Origin: a virus
Direction: 5' to 3' (one strand)
UHGV virus genome: UHGV-0061455
Length of the DNA: 19,997 nucleotides
Numbering within the stretch: the stretch's first letter is position 1; each line of letters starts with the position of its first letter. The translations under genes were made by a program, and so were the position numbers. Below the pieces are notes generated by a model, which was given only the letters and a program-made list of their open reading frames with translations, had not been told where the DNA came from and did not search any database. Shown piece by piece: positions 9,014-16,381 of this stretch.

Positions 9014-9466
9014 GTAATAAACCTGTGGGTGCCTGAGGGTGCCCTGGGATTTCCTGGGATTGCACGTGTAAACGTACACCTAGAAAATATTATACTCACG
9101 CGAGGCCCTCCCTCACCCGACCAAGGCGTCAATCCCCCCATGGGGTAGGCCTCTGGGAATTCACAGGGTGGGGTAGTGGGAGAGGGTGCTAATCCCTCTG
9201 CGTATACTGTGTGCTGCGCTAGACGCTCTGTATCGCTCTGTATCGCTCTGTATCGCTCTGTGAGTCTATAGCAGTACCTAAGGGACACTTCGTGTCTCTA
9301 CGCTGTACAAGGCAAGCCTCTGTGCTTCTCTGTGCTCTCTCTTATGAGGGCAGGAGGGGGCGCATGCTTGCCTATTTTTATGCACGCTGTGCAGTACTGT
9401 ATGCCGCTGCTATACCTCTGTGTATGCGCAGTAGCTTACCTCTTTTGCCTCTAGGCTATGCAATGC
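9014..9466. other. Non-coding genome-terminus or terminal-repeat-like region
   Basis: About 450 nt with no credible ORF between the last late gene and the first early promoter. Contains tandem short repeats, CTCTGT-type motifs, a CCCCATGGGG palindrome and C-rich/G-rich inverted arms. T7-like genomes have short repeat arrays next to their terminal repeats. Confidence 0.5.
9224..9261. repeat. Tandem repeat, about 3.8 copies of 10-bp unit CGCTCTGTAT
   Basis: Read directly: cgctctgtat cgctctgtat cgctctgtat cgctctgt. Related CTCTGTG motifs recur at about 9318-9345 and 9415. Confidence 0.9.
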
Positions 9467-9495
9467 TTGACGCAGGGTTAGCGCTGTGATATGCT
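9467..9495 (+). promoter_or_regulatory. Candidate sigma70-type early promoter P0 (TTGACG-N17-TATGCT)
   Basis: -35 TTGACG at 9467-9472, 17-nt spacer, -10 TATGCT at 9490-9495; about 100 nt upstream of the first early gene. Weaker -10 than the other promoters. Confidence 0.35.
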
Positions 9496-9601
9496 GATAG
9501 TAGTTGTAAGGTTCTTTAACAATCCGGGGAATCAACGACGCAGTGCAGCGAGTCACTACTCAACACTATATAGTAGGGGATATTGGAATACACTATGAAG
9601 G

Positions 9602-10345
9602 ATGCATACAATGCAAGAACGTAATCTTAAGAAGAGTAGTAAGCGTATAGACGGTAAGGTACGCAGTGGTTGGATAGATGTAGATACAGGGGAGTTCTTC
9701 AACACTAAAGCAGAGGCGAATGTAATGCGTAAGATGCGTAGTGATAAGAAGCCTGTAGCTAGGCGTAATGTAATAGCAGTAGCTGATGCAACGCTTAGAA
9801 TGAAGGATGTAGTGCTAGCTTGGGCATTCAGTAATGATTTCCAGCTTAAACATTACAACTTAATGAATGAGTACATGGAAGGGCGCAGTAAGGGCTATGC
9901 AGGGCTTAAGACTATGCAGCGTGCTGGTACTGTACTGGAAGCAGTTAACGTAGCTACAGCGTGGTACAAGCAGTATGACGCTAGGAAGGATAAACGCTAT
10001 CTGGATGATGCACTCTACACCAATCCTACATGGTGTGAGGATAGGGATTGGGTAGACTCTGAGCCATTGGATGAGCTTAGCTTAGAGATAAATGCATTAC
10101 TGGACTCTAGACATGCTGAGTTCTTAGCGAATGAGCCTAAACCTGAGCTTACTGCTAAGGAGTATGAGCGTAGTATACTCAGTAGGGATAAAGCTACTTA
10201 TATACACAGTAAGGGTGCTGTAACAGTGTATGAGGAGAAGCAGGAGAGTAAGAAAGGTTTAACTGAGCATCAACCTAGATGGTCACAGGATGAGTTGTTT
10301 GATTGGACGCAGCGTAACACTACACAACAATACATTAGGGGATAA
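9602..10345 (+). CDS. Early protein, function unknown
   Basis: 247-aa ORF, visibly more A+T-rich than the late genes. ATG 9611 has better RBS spacing (AAGGA 9 nt upstream) than ATG 9602, so the true start may be 9611. Confidence 0.6.
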   Translation: MHTMQERNLKKSSKRIDGKVRSGWIDVDTGEFFNTKAEANVMRKMRSDKKPVARRNVIAVADATLRMKDVVLAWAFSNDFQLKHYNLMNEYMEGRSKGYAGLKTMQRAGTVLEAVNVATAWYKQYDARKDKRYLDDALYTNPTWCEDRDWVDSEPLDELSLEINALLDSRHAEFLANEPKPELTAKEYERSILSRDKATYIHSKGAVTVYEEKQESKKGLTEHQPRWSQDELFDWTQRNTTQQYIRG

Positions 10346-10355
10346 GAGAATACAC

Positions 10356-10532
10356 ATGACTAAAGCAAACTGGCAGGGCTACAAGACACATGCTGATATG
10401 TGGGAGTTTCATAAGCGTATTAATGAGTATGCGTATCAGCGGTTAAAGGCAGAGCATGAGTTAGCAGAGCTAAGGCTCAAGGCGTACAGGGAGGGTAGTT
10501 TTGAATCTGAAGGGGATTGGAAGAGGTATTAA
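10356..10532 (+). CDS. Hypothetical small early protein
   Basis: 58 aa from ATG 10356 with AAGAG RBS-like sequence; same frame as track ORF 10290-10532, whose 5' part overlaps the upstream gene. Confidence 0.4.
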   Translation: MTKANWQGYKTHADMWEFHKRINEYAYQRLKAEHELAELRLKAYREGSFESEGDWKRY

Positions 10533-10576
10533 TGTGACAGTAACTTACCTCTTTTGAAATTAATTTAAAATAGTTG

Positions 10577-10605
10577 TTGACTTCCCTGATTTAAGCAGTT
10601 ATAGT
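10577..10605 (+). promoter_or_regulatory. Strong sigma70-type early promoter P1 (TTGACT-N17-TATAGT with A+T-rich upstream element)
   Basis: -35 TTGACT 10577-10582, exact 17-nt spacer, -10 TATAGT 10600-10605, preceded by aaattaatttaaaatagttg. Same architecture as P2 and P3a. Confidence 0.7.
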
Positions 10606-10629
10606 TCAAGCATAGTAAGGAGATGCAAA

Positions 10630-10770
10630 GGCAGCTGAAGGGGTAGCGGATAACCAAGACTACCCAGCCTAAAAGGACTTGAAGGACGTCGGTAACTGCA
10701 CCGCCTCTGCATCGAGGGAAGCAATGAGCTGCTAAGAGACAAAAGCAGCGCTAAGATGAATGTTCTTAGT
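10630..10770 (+). ncRNA. Conserved structured leader element, copy R1 of 3
   Basis: Begins about 18 nt after the predicted P1 start site. Conserved blocks GGCAGCTGAAGG, ATAACCAAGAC, AGCCTA-AAGGA, CTAAGAGACAA and GCTAAG are shared with R2 and R3. Hairpin A: GGGTAG (10641-10646) pairs with CTACCC (10660-10665) around a 13-nt loop. Hairpin C: CTAAG (10751-10755) pairs with CTTAG (10765-10769). The shared reading frame is broken by a stop in this copy. Confidence 0.5.
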
Positions 10771-10812
10771 TAAGCGTTACATCCTGTAGCGCATACTTAA
10801 GAGGATTTAAAT

Positions 10813-11127
10813 ATGAAGGCTTTAACTATCGTAATCTCCACGCTACTGATGACTGGATGCGCTACTAAGCAGTACCCACAAGCTACTGACCTTACTTTAC
10901 AGGAGCAGTCAGTGTTTGAATGCAAGGACGTACAGGTAGAATTAGCTAAGGCTTACAGTCAGAAGCTGAAGATTGATGAGACGGCAGGCTTCGATGCCGA
11001 AACTATCAGCGGATTCATGCTGGACTTTGGTATTGGTAATGCAATGGCTAAATCTAAGGCGTACGCTCAGGTTAACGGGCGTATCTCTAAACTGGAAGAA
11101 CTGAAGAAGGTGAGATGCAATGCGTAA
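10813..11127 (+). CDS. Early lipoprotein (signal peptide II with LMTGC lipobox)
   Basis: 104 aa; N-terminus MKALTIVISTLLMTGC is a classical lipoprotein signal. First gene after P1 and R1, with AAGAGG RBS. Confidence 0.7.
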   Translation: MKALTIVISTLLMTGCATKQYPQATDLTLQEQSVFECKDVQVELAKAYSQKLKIDETAGFDAETISGFMLDFGIGNAMAKSKAYAQVNGRISKLEELKKVRCNA

Positions 11128-11371
11128 CTTTAAATCTGAATTAAAAATCTGGTTCTCCGCTGCTGCTGTAGCTACTGCGCTGATGTTCTCCGTTAAGGGC
11201 GCTCAGGCTGCCCCTAACAGCATAGAACTGTGTAATTGGGGTAAGTGGGCGTGGCAGCAGAACATTAAGCTAGACGCGCTTGTAGACGCCTTAAACAGCG
11301 TTGAGGCTATGCCCTACGATGATAAGCTGATTGTTGTGCGCTGCTTTGTTGAATCTATGGAGACTATGTAA
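11120..11371 (+). CDS. Early secreted/periplasmic small protein (Sec signal peptide)
   Basis: 83 aa; N-terminus MRNFKSELKIWFSAAAVATALMFSVKGAQA-AP has a basic n-region, hydrophobic core and AQA cleavage motif. Start overlaps the end of the lipoprotein gene, suggesting translational coupling. Confidence 0.6.
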   Translation: MRNFKSELKIWFSAAAVATALMFSVKGAQAAPNSIELCNWGKWAWQQNIKLDALVDALNSVEAMPYDDKLIVVRCFVESMETM

Positions 11372-11547
11372 TGTTTGATTTAACTACTACGAACGAAGTG
11401 CAGACGATGACTAGCCGTGAGATTGCCGAGTTAACTGGTAAGATGCACACCCATGTAATTGCTGATATTCGTAAGATGCTGGCAGAGATTGGAGGAGAAA
11501 CGAAATTCCGCTCGTCCTACATATCGGCTCAAAATAAATTAAAATAA
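11371..11547 (+). CDS. Short Rha-like protein (phage regulatory protein Rha N-terminal DNA-binding domain only)
   Basis: 58-aa ORF below the track's size cutoff; ATG overlaps the upstream stop (TAATG). TSREIAELTGKMHTHVIADIRKM matches the signature N-terminus of Rha/antirepressor-type proteins. Its last codons are the A+T-rich upstream element of P2. Confidence 0.5.
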   Translation: MFDLTTTNEVQTMTSREIAELTGKMHTHVIADIRKMLAEIGGETKFRSSYISAQNKLK

Positions 11548-11550
11548 GTG

Positions 11551-11579
11551 TTGACGACGTACAGGGAAGTGCGTATAGT
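11551..11579 (+). promoter_or_regulatory. Strong sigma70-type early promoter P2 (TTGACG-N17-TATAGT)
   Basis: -35 TTGACG 11551-11556, 17-nt spacer, -10 TATAGT 11574-11579, preceded by aaaataaattaaaataagtg. Confidence 0.7.
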
Positions 11580-11636
11580 TCATTACATCGGGAGGCGAGA
11601 GGCACTAAGCACCTCCTCCCGGAAAGGAGAAGTTAA

Positions 11637-11775
11637 GGCAGCTGAAGGTAACGATGATAGCCAAGACGTTACAGCCTACAAGGAAGTGAACGAAATCCGA
11701 ACCCTACGGTCCCTGCAATCGGGAGAACTGGATGAGAAGCTAAGAGACAAGAGCTTCGCTAAGTGACTACTTAGT
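11637..11775 (+). ncRNA. Conserved structured leader element, copy R2 of 3
   Basis: Same conserved blocks as R1 and R3. Hairpin A: GTAACG (11648-11653) pairs with CGTTAC (11667-11672) around a 13-nt loop atgatagccaaga. Hairpin C: CTAAG (11759-11763) pairs with CTTAG (11770-11774). The 43 nt between element and ATG, including the AAGAGG RBS, are homologous to those after R1. Confidence 0.5.
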
Positions 11776-11817
11776 TAAGCGTCGTACAGTACGGCGCAGA
11801 ATTAAGAGGTTAAAGAA

Positions 11818-12237
11818 ATGAAAGCTACCCGTTCAAACTGGAAAGAAGCTAAAGGCCTGGTTAAGGTAACAACTAAAAGTATGCCTTGCCTTAAGACAGA
11901 AGCAGCACAAGACGAAGGTGCAGTTGCAATGGAACGTAAGCACGCCATGGAGCTTGCAGCGTACAACTCTGAAGCACGCCGTGCAGAGCTTGTAGAGCTG
12001 GCTAACAAGCCTGAAGGTACTGAAGCACGTAAGGTACTGCGTAAGATGCAGACCTTCACTACTAAGCCTCAGTCAATCCCCAGCAATGATTACAGCATGA
12101 AGCTCAGCCAGCGTCGTGCTAAATCTGAAGAATACAACGAGCGTGGCGAGCGTACTTGCCGCCCTTCAAGCAAGACCTGTCAGCGCATTAACAGTTATTT
12201 CCGCAGTAAGTCCTCTACACCTAAAGGAGTTAAATGA
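11818..12237 (+). CDS. Hypothetical early protein (basic, Lys/Arg-rich)
   Basis: 139-aa ORF with AAGAGG RBS; first gene after P2 and R2. Its first three codons match those of the lipoprotein gene after R1. Confidence 0.6.
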   Translation: MKATRSNWKEAKGLVKVTTKSMPCLKTEAAQDEGAVAMERKHAMELAAYNSEARRAELVELANKPEGTEARKVLRKMQTFTTKPQSIPSNDYSMKLSQRRAKSEEYNERGERTCRPSSKTCQRINSYFRSKSSTPKGVK

Positions 12238-12329
12238 TGGTGGGTCATACTAATCAATCTACTGAATGGGAACGTCAGCGTGAAGCTGAGATGTTTAAAC
12301 TGTATAAGGAGTTAACGAAATGGCACTGA
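12237..12329 (+). CDS. Possible small ORF (30 aa)
   Basis: AAGGAG RBS 7 nt upstream of ATG 12237; overlaps the start of the next gene. Small and unsupported beyond RBS and packing. Confidence 0.25.
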   Translation: MVGHTNQSTEWERQREAEMFKLYKELTKWH

Positions 12330-12643
12330 CCAAAGCCGCAGGCGACGTAGGTACTTATACCACAGCAGAGCAATCCGGTTGTTGTAAGGAAAATACTCAG
12401 TACAACGCCTGGAGGCCTCATTATGGGACACGCCAACCTGTTCCGGATGGGACTATGGTATTTATCCGGTATCGCTACGGGGAGCAGCCGAAGACTAGTG
12501 TAGACGCAAAAAATCGATTGTGGGTTTGGGATGGTACATACTCAGACATCGTGGAGTACAAGATTGACATACAGGAATGCAAGCATGAGCAGGTTGTGTA
12601 CGATGTGGATGACTTCCAGACACGATCGAAATGCGGGCGTTAG
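12320..12643 (+). CDS. Hypothetical early protein
   Basis: 107-aa ORF, AAGGAG RBS 8 nt upstream of ATG. Confidence 0.6.
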   Translation: MALTKAAGDVGTYTTAEQSGCCKENTQYNAWRPHYGTRQPVPDGTMVFIRYRYGEQPKTSVDAKNRLWVWDGTYSDIVEYKIDIQECKHEQVVYDVDDFQTRSKCGR

Positions 12644-12678
12644 CATCAGCAAACTTACTTCTACAAGAGAACGCAGAA

Positions 12679-12807
12679 ATGACACAGCATCAGAAAGCTC
12701 AGCAGTTGGCTAAGAACTACCACACTTTCCTGATTAACAACGAATGCAATGTGCGTTTCGCCTGGAACGCAGCAATGGCCCTTTTCAAACTGGAGATGCA
12801 GAAATGA
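12679..12807 (+). CDS. Possible small ORF (42 aa)
   Basis: ATG 12679; stop overlaps the start of the next gene (ATGA). Fills a gap in a tightly packed early operon. Confidence 0.25.
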   Translation: MTQHQKAQQLAKNYHTFLINNECNVRFAWNAAMALFKLEMQK

Positions 12808-12980
12808 TTAACCTGAACCCTGAACTGATTCTGATGCGTAATGATGAAGTAACTGTTGAGACGCTAGCCAAAGAATATGACGCTAGAGAACAGTTGATTG
12901 AGTACTACAAAGGTAAAGCTGAACGTGTAGGCCTCAGCTTCGAAAGCTACATTAAACGCTTCGGCATTACCTTACGCTAA
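12804..12980 (+). CDS. Hypothetical small early protein
   Basis: 58 aa from ATG 12804 with GGAG upstream; same frame as track ORF 12744-12980, whose upstream part lacks an RBS. Confidence 0.45.
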   Translation: MINLNPELILMRNDEVTVETLAKEYDAREQLIEYYKGKAERVGLSFESYIKRFGITLR

Positions 12981-12990
12981 GGGGGCAGAC

Positions 12991-13320
12991 ATGTTGCCAG
13001 TAAATGAAGTAATTGAACAGTACTGGCAGATGCTGGAGAATCAAAGCAGCTTAGGCCGTAAGACACTGCGAGATATTCCAGCAGAGCTACGCAAGCTTTG
13101 CCCTTTGAAGTGGTGTACTGATTGGCAGTACCGTGAAGGAATGCGCTTGCTGGTAGGTTATTACAAGTACGACGCTGAGAGGGCCTCAGAGGTCCTACAG
13201 CGTATGGAATTCGATGTAGTAAGAGAGTTGCAGCAGCTTGGATATGAAGGCGCTAAGCAGGCGTTTAAGGCTGCTTGCATTAATCATTATGAATGGCAGA
13301 CATCTTACAGAGGTATCTAA
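12991..13320 (+). CDS. Hypothetical early protein
   Basis: 109-aa ORF, AAGGGGG RBS. Confidence 0.6.
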   Translation: MLPVNEVIEQYWQMLENQSSLGRKTLRDIPAELRKLCPLKWCTDWQYREGMRLLVGYYKYDAERASEVLQRMEFDVVRELQQLGYEGAKQAFKAACINHYEWQTSYRGI

Positions 13321-13526
13321 TGAAAGTAAAAGCTATTAAAATTGAAGACTCGTCGGCTTTAGATTACCTGACTGAAGGTAAACTCTATGAGGTCGTATAT
13401 TGCTCCAATCGGAAATTTGGTGATTTAGTCCTAGATATAATTGACGATTTAGGCGAGATGATATCAATACTAGTTAGTGATGGGCCAAGCTGTGCTCACG
13501 GTGTTAAATGGGAGATTGTGGAATGA
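13320..13526 (+). CDS. Hypothetical small protein
   Basis: 68 aa from ATG 13320, which overlaps the upstream stop; same frame as track ORF 13293-13526. Confidence 0.45.
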   Translation: MKVKAIKIEDSSALDYLTEGKLYEVVYCSNRKFGDLVLDIIDDLGEMISILVSDGPSCAHGVKWEIVE

Positions 13527-13768
13527 ACTTCGTAGAACACAACCTAAAGATTTCAGATATAAAGTCTCAGAACTCGGCTATCTATAGGCTTGACCAGATG
13601 CATGGGGACAGTACTAATCCTAACGTAAGTACTGTATTCGTAACTAATGATGATATGCTGGAGCTAGTTGAATTATGGCTGAAGAACTGTGGCTACGGCG
13701 AGCGAGACAGTTGGGTGTTGGACAGACTGAAAGGTTTAGGTGTTGTGGTAGAACAGCAGCAGCTGTAA
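13523..13768 (+). CDS. Hypothetical small protein
   Basis: 81 aa from ATG 13523 (GTGGAATGA overlap with upstream stop). The 3' end overlaps the predicted primase start by about 94 nt, so one of the two boundaries is uncertain. Confidence 0.4.
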   Translation: MNFVEHNLKISDIKSQNSAIYRLDQMHGDSTNPNVSTVFVTNDDMLELVELWLKNCGYGERDSWVLDRLKGLGVVVEQQQL

Positions 13769-14463
13769 TAAGAAACGAGCCAGATAAATGGACATGCTCT
13801 TGCTTTAGATGTAAAGGTTATCACGTGGAGCGTAAGCAGTACGCTCAATTAGTAGTACCTGAAGTACTGGGGCGTGAGTTGCCCGCCCCTCAGGACCTGA
13901 AGCGCCTGCCGGAACTGGATGCAGGGCTTCAGCAGTTCCTTTACGGATTCTTAATATCAAAAGGTATCTGGCCTGATATGGCTGGAGATGTTTATTACTC
14001 AGAACAATACAAGAGGTTAGTGTGGAAATTATCAACGGGCAGTTACATAGCGAGAGCATTGCACGAGTACCAGTTTCCGAAGTGGGTGATGCTGGGGAAG
14101 TCGTTACAATGGGCGCAGCTTGGGAATACTGGAACGATAACAGTACTGACAGAGGATTATCTCTCGGCGCTGAAGGTTCAGCAGGTCTCGGAGAAGTATT
14201 CTTCACAGACTGTTACGGCAATAGCATTACTGGGGACTCGCTTAGCTCTTGGGCTTAAGGCTCAGCTGATACGAGAAGGGAAGCCTATAGTGTGCATGTT
14301 GGACGGAGACAAGGCAGGTTACGCTGGAACTGTTCAAATTCACAAACAGTTACGTCCATTTTTAAGGGTAGGCGACTTCCACATTGATGGGCTAGACCCC
14401 AAGGACATGAAGTGTAGTCAAATAATAGAAGGTATAGCAGATGAATTGGGAAGAGTATTATAA
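13675..14463 (+). CDS. DNA primase (zinc-binding region plus TOPRIM domain; T7 gp4 primase-like, separate from the helicase)
   Basis: 262 aa. Cys cluster RFRCCGRTAAAVIRNEPDKWTCSCFRC near the N-terminus; VCMLDGDKAGYAGT resembles the TOPRIM acidic motif (T7 MFDMDEAGRKA). Start is uncertain because of the upstream overlap. Confidence 0.65.
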   Translation: MAEELWLRRARQLGVGQTERFRCCGRTAAAVIRNEPDKWTCSCFRCKGYHVERKQYAQLVVPEVLGRELPAPQDLKRLPELDAGLQQFLYGFLISKGIWPDMAGDVYYSEQYKRLVWKLSTGSYIARALHEYQFPKWVMLGKSLQWAQLGNTGTITVLTEDYLSALKVQQVSEKYSSQTVTAIALLGTRLALGLKAQLIREGKPIVCMLDGDKAGYAGTVQIHKQLRPFLRVGDFHIDGLDPKDMKCSQIIEGIADELGRVL

Positions 14464-14586
14464 GTACGATGAAGAGGTTCCCTCAGGACTTGTTAGAATC
14501 AAAGCTGTAAAGGGTACTAGAGTGGGTACAGAAGACTAAGGTTGAGTTACATGGTGAATTTGCCAACTTAAAGTAAGGGGCATTGA

Positions 14587-15861
14587 ATGGATTTTGTAAT
14601 AGCTAGGGCTATGTGTGAACGTAAGGTGCATGACCGCTTACGGGACAGTATCCCTAAGTCACTGCTTGCGCCGGATACGGTAGCACTGCTAGGATGGATT
14701 GAACTGTATTATGCAACCTACCCTGACTCTAACGAAGTACGCTTTGATGTAATGGATACGCTCCTTAATATGCGTGGGGCGCATTTACAGAAGGAGCAGA
14801 TGGATATCCTTAAGCATATGCTTAAGACCGTTCAGGGCGTTCCTGATGAGGCGGTAGCTGGTACAGTGCGTACGCTGAACGAGCTGGCCTACTCGGGTGA
14901 GATGGCTGCACTGGTCAGTAAGTATCAGGCTGGGGAAGAGATTGACTTTGTACAGGAAGCTAAAGCGCTTGAGCGCAAGTACTCAGGCGTAGCAGCAGCC
15001 AATGATTCACTACTTAAGTGGGAAGATGGGGGTGTAGACGATATTCTCGCGGCTACTGATGAGTCTGGTGGTCTTAAGCTTACTGTGTTCAGTGAGTTGG
15101 CTAGAAACATTCGCGGCTTACGGGGTGGTGATTGTGTTGCTGTTGCTGCCCCTGTTGATGCTGGTAAAACTTCTCTCCTAGCTGCTATAGTAGTTAACCT
15201 AGCGGAACAGATGCATGAGCAGAAGGAGATTTACGCAGAGCGTCCTATCCTGTGGTTGGTGAACGAGTCATTGGCCAAGCGCACTGTACCGCGCATCTAT
15301 CAAGCAGCTACTGGACTTACCTTGCAGCAGATTGTTGAGCAGCATAAAGAAGGTAAGTTTGCTGATAAGTACCTGAAGAAGGTTGGGACTTGGGATAAGA
15401 TTCGCGTTAAGGATGCGCACAGTATGAGCCTAGGTCAAATCTCTACGCTATTGGAAGAGATGCGTCCGGCTGTGCTGGTGATTGACATGGTCGCTAATAT
15501 AAAGGGAGGTAATGCCGAGTCAGAGTATCAGGCATTGGAACAGAAGTGGCAGCAGCTGCGTATGCTGGGATGTGAATATGATTGCGTTATCTTAGGTACG
15601 ATTCAGTTATCTGTTGAAGGTTACGATTGCATGTACCCGCCGCTGACAGCATTGAAAGGAAGTAAGATAGGTGTTCAAGGTGCTTTGGACTTATGCATCA
15701 TGATGGGACGTATGAATGTTAACGATCGTCCTGACATGGCTAACGTACGCGGGATTAGTACACCTAAGAATAAGTTAGGTAAGTCTGGTAGTACTGCATA
15801 TGTGCAGTTCCAAGTGGAGTTTAACGGCGGTACGTGCCAATTCAGTGAAGGTCTAGCGTAA
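14587..15861 (+). CDS. Replicative DNA helicase (DnaB/gp4B-like)
   Basis: 424 aa; AAGGGG RBS. Walker A-like AAPVDAGKTS, Walker B-like hydrophobic stretch ending in D (AVLVIDMVA), and position directly after the primase. Confidence 0.8.
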   Translation: MDFVIARAMCERKVHDRLRDSIPKSLLAPDTVALLGWIELYYATYPDSNEVRFDVMDTLLNMRGAHLQKEQMDILKHMLKTVQGVPDEAVAGTVRTLNELAYSGEMAALVSKYQAGEEIDFVQEAKALERKYSGVAAANDSLLKWEDGGVDDILAATDESGGLKLTVFSELARNIRGLRGGDCVAVAAPVDAGKTSLLAAIVVNLAEQMHEQKEIYAERPILWLVNESLAKRTVPRIYQAATGLTLQQIVEQHKEGKFADKYLKKVGTWDKIRVKDAHSMSLGQISTLLEEMRPAVLVIDMVANIKGGNAESEYQALEQKWQQLRMLGCEYDCVILGTIQLSVEGYDCMYPPLTALKGSKIGVQGALDLCIMMGRMNVNDRPDMANVRGISTPKNKLGKSGSTAYVQFQVEFNGGTCQFSEGLA

Positions 15862-15916
15862 TAGCTAAGCCGTCTTCTTAGGAGGGCGGCTTGTCAATTA
15901 ACTAGGAGGATATTAA

Positions 15917-16381
15917 ATGAGCACTTGCATAGATCATGGTAAGTGTAAAAGCTTATCACCTGAAGGGTATTTATTAGTTACACGTCCTGAGTATTTCAGC
16001 AGAGGTTGTAAGACTAGAAGCATTGCTAAGCATAGGCTAGTACTTCTTACAAAGCTGGGTATAAACTGGTGGGATGAAGAGGCTAAGGATTTAGTAGCGC
16101 TCCACACTTGCGATAATCCTAGATGTATTAATCCCGAGCATCTGGTAGCAGGAACCCGTGGGGACAATAACAGAGATAGGGCAGAAAGAGGGAGAAGTGC
16201 TAAGAAGGTTCCTAGTAAGTGGAAGCTTACCCCTACTGATTGCAAAGCTATAATTAACTCTTATAACAAGAAAGATAGGGAGAATAACAAAAGCGCCTTA
16301 TCAGCACGTTTCAAAGTAGACCGTAAGATAATCACTCAAGTTTTAGAAGGAACATATAGTGGCCTCGATTTTAATCTTTGA
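15917..16381 (+). CDS. HNH homing endonuclease
   Basis: 154 aa; GGAGG RBS. HTCDNPRCINPEHLVAGTRGDNNRD matches the HNH_3-type motif. Gene is visibly more A+T-rich than the flanking helicase and polymerase genes. Confidence 0.8.
   Translation: MSTCIDHGKCKSLSPEGYLLVTRPEYFSRGCKTRSIAKHRLVLLTKLGINWWDEEAKDLVALHTCDNPRCINPEHLVAGTRGDNNRDRAERGRSAKKVPSKWKLTPTDCKAIINSYNKKDRENNKSALSARFKVDRKIITQVLEGTYSGLDFNL

Noticed and set aside
9088-9112. T7/T3-like phage RNA polymerase promoter resemblance (tattatactcacgcgagg)
   Set aside because: Only a partial match to the T7/T3 consensus cores, a single occurrence, and no phage RNA polymerase gene in the window to define the cognate consensus.
9224-9261. Possible CRISPR array at the 10-bp tandem repeat
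   Set aside because: Units are only 10 bp and directly adjacent with no spacers; this is a simple tandem repeat.
9010-9489. ORFs 9010-9288 (-) and 9292-9489 (+) in the terminal region
   Set aside because: They run through tandem repeats and low-complexity G-rich/C-rich sequence, have Pro/Gly/Leu/Cys-biased products and no RBS; more likely non-coding terminal DNA.
10623-10646. Mini-ORF MQRQLKG just after the P1 start site with an AAGGAG upstream
   Set aside because: The SD-to-ATG spacing is only 2 nt, and the sequence is part of the conserved structured leader; unlikely to be a real leader peptide.
11548-11766. ORF 11548-11766 (72 aa) and ORF 19381-19647 (88 aa) covering the R2 and R3 leader elements
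   Set aside because: Both start inside the promoter -35/-10 region, upstream of the predicted transcription start. The homologous R1 copy carries an in-frame stop, and substitutions between copies are not biased to third positions, so conservation is at the RNA or DNA level.
15866-15895. Hairpin AAGCCG-tcttcttaggaggg-CGGCTT between the helicase and HNH genes
   Set aside because: Not followed by a U-run and not repeated elsewhere; could be a minor stability element but is not interpretable on its own.
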